Shown in pieces: positions 54,132-61,535 of a stretch of DNA of 64,000 bases. The position numbers were made by a program, and so were the translations under genes. Origin of the DNA: Thermoplasmataceae archaeon. Its GTDB lineage: Archaea > Thermoplasmatota > Thermoplasmata > Thermoplasmatales > Thermoplasmataceae. Numbering within the stretch: the stretch's first letter is position 1; each line of letters begins with the position of its first letter. The stretch lies in assembly GCA_046703525.1 (NCBI GenBank), contig JBJKSW010000004.1, positions 11,638-75,637 of the forward strand, written 5' to 3'. Below the pieces are notes generated by a model. The model had not been told where the DNA came from and did no database searches. It worked only from the letters and a program-made list of their open reading frames with translations.

Positions 54132-54638
54132 ATGAAGATAGAATTGAATATTAACGGAAAGGAAAGGAAAGTGGACATTGAGGGAAGAAAGCTTCTCATT
54201 GACGTGTTGAGGGATGAACTGGAACTCACTGCTTCACACATTGGATGCGATACCAGCAATTGTGGTGCTTGCACTGTGCTGCTTGATGACAGGCCGGTCA
54301 AATCCTGCACAGTTCTAGCAGCCGAGGCGCAAGGTCATGTTGTAACAACGCTTGAAGGCCTGTCCTCAAACAGGGAGATGAAAGTTCTGAAGAAATCTTT
54401 CCTGGACAATCACGGCCTCCAGTGCGGGTTCTGCACCTCGGGAATGCTGATCTCCTCATATACGCTTCTCAGAAAGAACAGAAAGATGACCGAGGCTGAG
54501 ATGAGGGAGGCAATATCAGGAAACCTCTGCAGATGCACGGGATACCAGGGAATAATCAGGTCAATAGAGGAAGCGTCCAGGGAACTTGAAAAACAGAAAG
54601 AGGAACAGCCTGTAAAGATCGGGCAGGTGAGAGATTGA
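54132..54638 (+). CDS. Xanthine-dehydrogenase-family molybdoenzyme, [2Fe-2S] small subunit (CoxS/CutC-like)
   Basis: The two cluster motifs are CDTSNCGACTV and CGFCTSGM..CRCTGY. The track start is GTG 54123; an ATG lies at 54132. Confidence 0.9.
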   Translation: MKIELNINGKERKVDIEGRKLLIDVLRDELELTASHIGCDTSNCGACTVLLDDRPVKSCTVLAAEAQGHVVTTLEGLSSNREMKVLKKSFLDNHGLQCGFCTSGMLISSYTLLRKNRKMTEAEMREAISGNLCRCTGYQGIIRSIEEASRELEKQKEEQPVKIGQVRD

Positions 54639-56671
54639 GCAGCATTGAGGATATTGTTAACGGCAAGGGAAAATTCATTGATGACATAAAGCTCCCCGGC
54701 ATGGTCCATCTCGCATTTTACAGAAGCATTTACGGCAGGGCCAGAATCAAGAATGTAAAGGCAGACATAACACACAAGGATATCAGGGGAAATGTGGCTT
54801 CAGTAGGAGAAGGGGCAGGAGAAGAGGATCCGGGCAACAGTTCTCCACCGGTGCTTGCAAAGGATATTGTGCTTTACATTGGGCAACCAATTGCCGCCGT
54901 CTACGCTCCCACAAAGTATGAGGCAGAGGACAGACTTGACACTGTTGAAGTTGATTACGAACCACTAAAGGCTGTTATGGACCCTGAAAAGGCGGTTCAT
55001 TCAGAACCCATTATACCAGGATCTGAATCAAATGTAACTTCAGACGCCTACCTTGGAGAAGATTTTGAAACAGAGGCAGACATTGTCCTGGAAGATACGC
55101 TATACAACCACAGGGTGGCTACAAACCCCATTGAGACCAGGGGCATAGTTGCCTCGTATGATGGTGACAGGCTCACAGTCTGGACATCCACCCAGTCCGT
55201 TTTCAGCATAAAAGAGGGGCTTTCAGAGTCGCTCCAGATGGAGCCGGAAAAGATCAGGGTCATACAGACTGACACTGGAGGGGCATTCGGCCTCAAGGGC
55301 GGACTCTATCCTGAATATGTGGTGGCGGCCGAGCTTGCAATCAAGATCAGGAAGCCGGTGAAGTGGATAGAGAGCAGGAGCGAACACCTGATGGCATCAA
55401 GGCCAGGCAGGGGAGTAGTTGGAAAGATGAAGCTTTTCGCTTCCAAATCCGGAAAAGTTCTCGGTGTCAAGGGCGAGGTAATAGTGGACAGTGGTGCATA
55501 CGGAGGAGGGATTGGAGGTTTTTCATCTTCGTTTATTGCAAGGCAGATCACCGGCCCTTACAACATGAAAAATGCATATATTCACGCCCTGTCTGTTATG
55601 ACAGACAAGGTTCCCCAGGGCCCGTACAGGGGCGCAGGAAGGCCGGAAGCGGCATTCTTCATGGAAAGGATGATGGACCTTCTTGCAGAAAAGACAGGAA
55701 TAGACCCTGTTGAACTGAGGCTCATGAACATGTCTGATGAACCGCTCACGTCGCCAACCGGATTGAAAATAGAGGCAGCAAAGCCATTTTTCCAGCGTGC
55801 TGTGAAGGAGCTTGAGTATGAAAAATACCGGAACAGGAAACCTGGAATTGCGTTCTTTGTGCTTGTTCCTGCGGTTTTTGGCGGCGAGAGTGCAAGAGTG
55901 AAGATTGACCGGGGGAAAGTAACAGTATGGCTTGGAGGAAATTCGCATGGCCAGAGGCACGAGCTTTTCGTCAGGAAACTGGTATCGGAAGAACTTGGAG
56001 TCGATGAAAACGCAGTCACTTCAGAAATGGGCGACACTGACATGATGAAAACGGGAGTCGGTTCGTGGGGGAGCAGATCTGCAATCGTCGGCGGAAATGC
56101 AGTTATCATGGCATGCAGGAAAATCAAGGAGAAAATAGAAAAGGAACACGGAAAGTATGAGCCGTCAATGCTGGACAAGGTGAACATCGAGGAGGAATTC
56201 TATGAAAACCTGCGCGGTTCCCTGAACTCTTTCGGGTCCAACCTTGCAACCGTGGAAATTGACGAACTTGGCCACATCAGTGTTAATGACTGTGTGAGCT
56301 GCTATGATGTCGGGAGGGCCCTCAGCATGGATGTTGTGATCAGCCAGATCGAGGGAGGTTCTGTCCAGGGAATAGGGCAGGCACTTTCAGAGAGCCTGCA
56401 GTACTCCGATGATGGCCAGATGATAACATCCTCGATCTCTGATGCAGGTGTTCTTGATGCAACAAGAGTACCTAACTTCAAGGTCAGGGTGGTTGAGAAT
56501 CCTTCACCTTTTCCGCACGGTGCCAAAGGCCTCGGGGAATCTCCAACAATAGGCGTTCCGGCTGCCGTAGTCTGTGCAGTTGACAGGCTCACAGGAATCA
56601 GAATAAGGGAGACGCCAATAAAGCCAGACCTGTTCATGAACCTGAGGCATTCGGATGAGCAGCCCACTTGA
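54635..56671 (+). CDS. Xanthine-dehydrogenase-family molybdoenzyme, molybdopterin-binding large subunit (CoxL/CutA-like; not a form I CO dehydrogenase)
   Basis: It has GGAFGLKG, GPYRGAGRPEAAFFMERMMD and GLGESPTIG. The CODH active-site loop AYxCSFR is absent. The TTG start overlaps the coxS-like stop. Confidence 0.85.
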   Translation: MSSIEDIVNGKGKFIDDIKLPGMVHLAFYRSIYGRARIKNVKADITHKDIRGNVASVGEGAGEEDPGNSSPPVLAKDIVLYIGQPIAAVYAPTKYEAEDRLDTVEVDYEPLKAVMDPEKAVHSEPIIPGSESNVTSDAYLGEDFETEADIVLEDTLYNHRVATNPIETRGIVASYDGDRLTVWTSTQSVFSIKEGLSESLQMEPEKIRVIQTDTGGAFGLKGGLYPEYVVAAELAIKIRKPVKWIESRSEHLMASRPGRGVVGKMKLFASKSGKVLGVKGEVIVDSGAYGGGIGGFSSSFIARQITGPYNMKNAYIHALSVMTDKVPQGPYRGAGRPEAAFFMERMMDLLAEKTGIDPVELRLMNMSDEPLTSPTGLKIEAAKPFFQRAVKELEYEKYRNRKPGIAFFVLVPAVFGGESARVKIDRGKVTVWLGGNSHGQRHELFVRKLVSEELGVDENAVTSEMGDTDMMKTGVGSWGSRSAIVGGNAVIMACRKIKEKIEKEHGKYEPSMLDKVNIEEEFYENLRGSLNSFGSNLATVEIDELGHISVNDCVSCYDVGRALSMDVVISQIEGGSVQGIGQALSESLQYSDDGQMITSSISDAGVLDATRVPNFKVRVVENPSPFPHGAKGLGESPTIGVPAAVVCAVDRLTGIRIRETPIKPDLFMNLRHSDEQPT

Positions 56672-57128
56672 ACTGAAAGGTGACAGGTACAGGGTCGCAG
56701 TGCAGAGTGATCCGCTGGTCCCGGAAGAGACAGTGCCCCCTTTTTCTGGTGGGCGTGTCACTTTCTCAGGAATAGTCCGGCCGACTGAGGACGGCAGGTT
56801 AATCACTGGCATTGATTACAACGCGTATTCAGAGATGGCACTCAAGAGCCTTGAGTCCATTGTCAAGGATACAATTGGCATTTATGGAAACACGTTCATA
56901 ACGGCTGTGCACAGGACTGGTTTCGTCGGCAATGGTGAAGCGTCCGTTCTTGTTGACGTGTTTGACGGGCACAGGGCCAATGCCTTCAAAGCCTGCTCAC
57001 TAGTCATAGACAGGATCAAGACAGAGGTTCCGGTGTGGAAAAACATAGTTTATAAGGACGGGAAAAAAGGCTGGAAAGAAGGGCAGCATAACGTGGAACC
57101 TTTGAACAGTGATGTTTCACATGAATAA
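56655..57128 (+). CDS. moaE: Molybdopterin synthase catalytic subunit
   Basis: FSGIVRP.., ..AVHRTGFVGNGEASVLVDV...HRANAF and ..IKTEVPVWK are MoaE hallmarks. The ATG overlaps the large-subunit gene by 17 nt. Confidence 0.85.
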   Translation: MSSPLELKGDRYRVAVQSDPLVPEETVPPFSGGRVTFSGIVRPTEDGRLITGIDYNAYSEMALKSLESIVKDTIGIYGNTFITAVHRTGFVGNGEASVLVDVFDGHRANAFKACSLVIDRIKTEVPVWKNIVYKDGKKGWKEGQHNVEPLNSDVSHE

Positions 57129-57198
57129 TGATACTCGATGAAAATATTGGAAAAGCAGTTTTCAGATATTAGAAAAAAATTGAAGTCCTGGAGAGTGT

Positions 57199-57666
57199 CT
57201 AGAATTTCCCCAGTTCCTGTTCAATCAGTGCGTAGTCCGGTTCCTTTCCAGGATCTTCGCTGACCCATTTGTACCTGACTTTTCCTTCCCCGTCAAGTAT
57301 GAAAACAGACCTTTTGGAAGCGCTGAGCCCTGATATTCCTATGAAGTCTTTGTGGAGGGCCCCGTATTTCTCGGACACTTCTCTGCCTGAATCACTCAGG
57401 AGGTCAAATTCCAGCCTGTTCTGCTTTGCGAACTCCGCCAGGGAGAAAGGAGTGTCAACACTGATTCCCACTACTTTGGCGTTGAGTTTGTTGAACTTGC
57501 TCATCGAGTCCCTGAAAGTGCAGAGCTCTTTTGTGCACACAGACGTAAAAGCGCCCGGAAAGAACGCAAGAACCGTCTTGTTCCCCTTATAATCTGCCAG
57601 AGTCTTGTGTTTTATCTGTGTATCCAGTAACTTGAAATCCGGTGCTGTCTCACCTACATTTACCAA
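57199..57666 (-). CDS. Peroxiredoxin (AhpC/TSA family, Bcp/PrxQ-like)
   Basis: It has VGETAPDFKL and the peroxidatic motif FPGAFTSVCTKELC. The start codon is TTG. Confidence 0.85.
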   Translation of the reverse strand: MVNVGETAPDFKLLDTQIKHKTLADYKGNKTVLAFFPGAFTSVCTKELCTFRDSMSKFNKLNAKVVGISVDTPFSLAEFAKQNRLEFDLLSDSGREVSEKYGALHKDFIGISGLSASKRSVFILDGEGKVRYKWVSEDPGKEPDYALIEQELGKF

Positions 57667-57723
57667 CGTTTTTCACCGCGTTTTGAATTGTTTAAATCTA
57701 TAAAACGATTATGTGAGCGCAAG

Positions 57724-58365
57724 ATGAAATCAGTGTGCCTGCTTTCCGGCGGTAAAGATTCGTTCCTCTCGGCTGCCTATGCAATGGAGCAGGGCATTGA
57801 CGTCGTAAGAGCCATTACTGTACTGCCTGAGGAGGACTCCATGATGTTTCACGTTCCAAACATCAGGTTTGCGGAGCAGGTGGCTTCAATCCTGGACCTG
57901 AGCGTGGAATTCGTAGGGGAAGACAAGTTCGCTGAATCGCTGGCAGACGCAAGTAAACATGGAATAGAATGCGTCATCTCCGGTGCAATTGCTTCTGAGT
58001 ACCAGAAAACAAGAATAGAAAGGCTCTGCACCGAACTTGGCCTTGTCTCATTCACTCCACTTTGGAGAAAAACACAGAGAGCAATTCTTGATGAGATCAT
58101 AAATTCAGAGGTTCACGCCATAATTGTCTCCGTTTCTGCGGAAGGCCTGGGCAGGGAAATGCTTGGCAGAAAGCTGGACATGGCCCTGATAGAAGAGCTC
58201 GAGAATATCTCGGCAGGCAGGGAAATAAACATAGCTGGAGAGGGTGGAGAATACGAAACGTTTGTCACCGGATACGACGGAAAAAAGGAACTCGTAATCA
58301 CGGAAAGCGAAATCAGCTGGTCCGGTTCATCGGGTGCACTGATAATCAGAAAAATCGAATACTAG
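57724..58365 (+). CDS. dph6: Diphthine--ammonia ligase (PP-loop ATPase, MJ0570/Dph6 family)
   Basis: It has the PP-loop LLSGGKDS, ..GAIASEYQKTRIE.. and ..PLW... The track start is TTG 57688; an ATG lies at 57724. Confidence 0.8.
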   Translation: MKSVCLLSGGKDSFLSAAYAMEQGIDVVRAITVLPEEDSMMFHVPNIRFAEQVASILDLSVEFVGEDKFAESLADASKHGIECVISGAIASEYQKTRIERLCTELGLVSFTPLWRKTQRAILDEIINSEVHAIIVSVSAEGLGREMLGRKLDMALIEELENISAGREINIAGEGGEYETFVTGYDGKKELVITESEISWSGSSGALIIRKIEY

Positions 58366-59426
58366 ATCTTTACCCTTTCAACTTCTATGGCATCCCAGGT
58401 TGGGTACTCTTCAATTTCGAACATTTCATAATCGAGCAGTTTCCTGAGGTCAGGAAGTATCCACGGTGGAACCTCAACTCTGTTCCTTGGCACGTTTATA
58501 TGGATCATGTCCTGTTCAAGGCCCGAGATCTTCAGATCCTCAACTATACGGTATATGTCACTGCCCTGGATGATGCCCCTGATGATTGTTCCGTCCTTTG
58601 TGACAACATCAATGGGCCTGGCTATGTTTCTGGCCCTTCTCTTCAACCTGTTCTTGAGCTGAACTCCATCCTTGAATCCTGCAGAACAGTAATGCACCGG
58701 GAAGTCCCTGTTGTTCCTGACCATCTTTATGGCCAGTTCCGCGCTTCCTTCTGCCCCTGATTCTACGTCGTTCTTGATAACATATCCCCTGCCGAGCAGC
58801 CTGTCAAAATTTGTTTCAGAGAATTCAAGCTCATTGAGGTTTATGAAGTCAAGATCCATTCTCCTTGCAAAGTCTATGAGGTCCATTGTCTCCTTTTCCA
58901 TCTTCGGAATTGCCGGAACCTCTATGCCGACATCCATCCCGCTGTCCTGGGCCCATTTTACCCTGTTCCTGAATGCAGAGTTGTCCATTCTGGACCAGAT
59001 TTCTTCAGGGGCGTGAAAGCGTATTTCATCAAGTCCCGCCTTGGCCACTGTATCTATTGCGTTCCTGGTGCCGCTTATTGTGTAAAGGTGGATGTGGTGT
59101 TTTTCACCGAATTCCTCTTTCAGGATCTCTATGTACTGTGAAGTCCTCTGGTAGTATTTCAGTGGATCTCCGCCGGTTATGCCAGTGCCCATGGCTTCGA
59201 TCATCTTTGCCTCCAGAATTGCATCTTTCATATTTCTCAGCGGCATTTCATCTGCGTACATCACATCCTTCATCTTCTTCGGTGACGACAATGGGCAGTA
59301 GAAACACTTTGCATCACAGATTCCCGATACAAAAAGGACCATTTTTCCTCCTTTTGCGCATTGCTGGCAACCAGGGGAAAGCGGCCCCGTGTATGCAGAT
59401 CCTCCGGGTAGTCTGTTCATCTTCAT
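58362..59426 (-). CDS. Radical SAM protein of unknown function (PflA-related, COG2108-like)
   Basis: It has the CDAKCFYC CxxxCxxC cluster preceded by a CQQC pair, then ..GITGGDPL... I cannot assign a substrate. Confidence 0.7.
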   Translation of the reverse strand: MKMNRLPGGSAYTGPLSPGCQQCAKGGKMVLFVSGICDAKCFYCPLSSPKKMKDVMYADEMPLRNMKDAILEAKMIEAMGTGITGGDPLKYYQRTSQYIEILKEEFGEKHHIHLYTISGTRNAIDTVAKAGLDEIRFHAPEEIWSRMDNSAFRNRVKWAQDSGMDVGIEVPAIPKMEKETMDLIDFARRMDLDFINLNELEFSETNFDRLLGRGYVIKNDVESGAEGSAELAIKMVRNNRDFPVHYCSAGFKDGVQLKNRLKRRARNIARPIDVVTKDGTIIRGIIQGSDIYRIVEDLKISGLEQDMIHINVPRNRVEVPPWILPDLRKLLDYEMFEIEEYPTWDAIEVERVKI

Positions 59427-59456
59427 ATGAAATGGCGACCTATTATTAAAATACAG

Positions 59457-60053
59457 TCAGTCAAGTGTCTTCTGCACGCTGTCGCTTCTGCCCAGGTATT
59501 CTCCCTTGATCTCGAATCCCTGTGAAATGACCAGCCTGAGCATCTGGTTTATCAAGTCATTGTCCTTTCTTGTTGGTTCAACCATTGAGTTGCTTGGTGG
59601 TATTGTGAGGCCAATCGTGGAAAGCTGGTCTATGTATTCCATTCTCTTTGGGGGCACAACTTTCCTGTAATCCCTGGGCAATCCCACATTGCACCTCTCA
59701 ATCTCCTTTATGAATATTGGCCGCCCGAAAAGCGCATTGAGAAGCATGAGCGCATAATCAGGCATGTTCTCCTCGCCGTAGATCTTGACCACGGATCCGA
59801 TGATTGAATAAATGTCCCTGCTTGATGCCATGTCTATTGAATATATCTTGGATGGCTTTATGTCCCGTTCCTTGAGGATCCCCATGTCAGCCATTGCATT
59901 AAGGTATCCTGTAAGTGTCAGCCTGTGCATATCCACTCCCCTGGCATTAAGCTCCTTCAGTATGCCGGAGATGGAATTTTCACCGTTGCTGAGCACGCTC
60001 AGAATCTGTGCTTTGAGTGTTTCATCGTGGTTCAGACCGGACGTCGTTTCCAC
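59457..60053 (-). CDS. Winged-helix protein, conserved archaeal hypothetical
   Basis: The N-terminal KAQILSVLSNGENSISGILKELNARGVDMHRLTLTGYLNAMADMGILKE is wHTH-like. The GTG start overlaps the purB 3' end by 22 nt. Confidence 0.5.
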   Translation of the reverse strand: METTSGLNHDETLKAQILSVLSNGENSISGILKELNARGVDMHRLTLTGYLNAMADMGILKERDIKPSKIYSIDMASSRDIYSIIGSVVKIYGEENMPDYALMLLNALFGRPIFIKEIERCNVGLPRDYRKVVPPKRMEYIDQLSTIGLTIPPSNSMVEPTRKDNDLINQMLRLVISQGFEIKGEYLGRSDSVQKTLD

Positions 60054-61447
60054 TCACCCGCCTTCGCTTCCATTTCTTCCTTCAGTTTTTCTGATTCCTT
60101 CAGTGTTTCAGAACAAATTCTTTCCGCTGTTCCAAGGAAATTCCTAGGATTCAGAGCATCCGAGACTTCCGCCCTGTCAAGCTTCACTTCCCTTACTGTT
60201 TCAAGTATCAGGGATTCAAAATCTGAACTGGTTGAAGCCGCCTTCATTGAAATCTTTCTGACAGTCTCGTGGGCATCCTGCCTTGAAAGGCCCTTCAGAG
60301 TAAGGAGTCTGACGACAGATTCGGACATGGAAAGTGGATCGCTGAGAAGGTTCTTCAGCATCCGGTCTGTCCTGACTTCAAGGTTTCCAAGTATTGCCTC
60401 GATCCTGCTCACGATAAAATCGCAGATTATTGAGGTGTATGGGATTGTAAACCTTTCCAGTGCACTGTTTGTCAGGTCCCTTTCATGCCAGTACACGGAT
60501 GCCTCATATTCAGGCACAAGGAAAGACCTCATGAGCCTGGAAAGGCTGCAGACAGTTTCTGAATCCACTGGATTCTTCTTGGACGGCATGGAGCTTGAAC
60601 CGACCTGGCTCTCAATGTTGAAATGTTCAGATATCTCACCTATTTCCGGCCGCTGGAGATTTCTGATCTCGGTTGCAAGCCTTTCTATAGTCACTGAAAT
60701 GTTGTTTAGAATTGAAATGTATTCGATGTACCTGTCCCTTCCAACAAGCTGAGTGGGGTTCGTCTCATAATTCAGGCCAAGAACCTTCATTGCGCTCTTC
60801 TGGACTTCGAGAGCCGACTCTCCGATGAATGCGCCAGTACCGACCGGCCCCATAAGCTTGCCTGCAAGGAATCTGGAACTGCCCTGTTCAATACGCCGGA
60901 GATGCCTGTTTATCTCTGAAAGGAAGACAGCCATTTTCAGTCCGAATGTAATCGGGCTTGCGTGCTGGCCATGCGTTCTTCCAAGCATCATATCGCCGGA
61001 ATGCTTTTCCACTATCCTGCAAAGCCTCTGCTGCAGCTTGAGTATCGAATCCGTGAACACACCAAGGAAGTACTTCATCTGGAGTGCGGTGGCAGTATCG
61101 TTAACGTCGTTGGACGTCAGCCCGTAATGCACAAACCCCCCAGAATTCTCAACTCTGGATGAAAGAACAAGAACCATTGCCATAACATCATGATTAATGC
61201 GCGCCTCGTTCTTCTTGACCTCTTCGAGCGTCACAGATCCATTCAGGATGGCATTCCTGATGTCTAAAGGAACGTTCATGGGCACAAGCCCTGCTTCAGC
61301 CTCTGCACTCGCGGCAGCATACTCTACCAGCAAAAGGTTCCGCAGTCTGGCTTCTTCAGAAAATATTTGCTTTGCCTCGGACCTGCCGTACCTGTAATCA
61401 AGCGGTGAAACCAGTCCTGTACCGTGATGAATTTCTTCTGTATCCAA
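60032..61447 (-). CDS. purB: Adenylosuccinate lyase
   Basis: It has the fumarate-lyase signature GSSSMPSKKNP, the N-terminal SPLDYRYG, and ..GRTHGQHA... The start codon is TTG. Confidence 0.95.
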   Translation of the reverse strand: MDTEEIHHGTGLVSPLDYRYGRSEAKQIFSEEARLRNLLLVEYAAASAEAEAGLVPMNVPLDIRNAILNGSVTLEEVKKNEARINHDVMAMVLVLSSRVENSGGFVHYGLTSNDVNDTATALQMKYFLGVFTDSILKLQQRLCRIVEKHSGDMMLGRTHGQHASPITFGLKMAVFLSEINRHLRRIEQGSSRFLAGKLMGPVGTGAFIGESALEVQKSAMKVLGLNYETNPTQLVGRDRYIEYISILNNISVTIERLATEIRNLQRPEIGEISEHFNIESQVGSSSMPSKKNPVDSETVCSLSRLMRSFLVPEYEASVYWHERDLTNSALERFTIPYTSIICDFIVSRIEAILGNLEVRTDRMLKNLLSDPLSMSESVVRLLTLKGLSRQDAHETVRKISMKAASTSSDFESLILETVREVKLDRAEVSDALNPRNFLGTAERICSETLKESEKLKEEMEAKAGEWKRRPV

Positions 61448-61492
61448 TGACGATCATCTCCTGAACTGTCCGAAGTTTAATAAATTTAACAG

Positions 61493-61511
61493 GAAGCGGT
61501 AGGCCCGCTTC
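61493..61511 (-). terminator. Hairpin GAAGCGG-taggc-CCGCTTC downstream of the surface-protein gene
   Basis: A 7-bp GC-rich perfect stem lies 25 nt beyond the stop of 61536..64000 and before the purB start. A terminator role is speculative. Confidence 0.2.
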
Positions 61512-61535
61512 TCTGCCCCTTACTACTAATCCGGA

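Noticed and set aside
55523-56187. Two overlapping minus-strand ORFs (145 and 201 aa)
   Set aside because: Both lie antisense inside the molybdoenzyme large-subunit gene and have shadow-frame composition.
53248-56671. Annotation of the CoxMSL-like genes as aerobic carbon-monoxide dehydrogenase
   Set aside because: The large subunit lacks the AYxCSFR active-site loop, and no coxD/E/F-type accessory genes are present. I treated it as a generic xanthine-dehydrogenase-family oxidoreductase.
59925-60752. 275-aa ORF on the plus strand
   Set aside because: It lies antisense to purB, which carries the fumarate-lyase signature, and to the wHTH gene. Its composition is Ser/Leu/Phe-rich and it has no motif.
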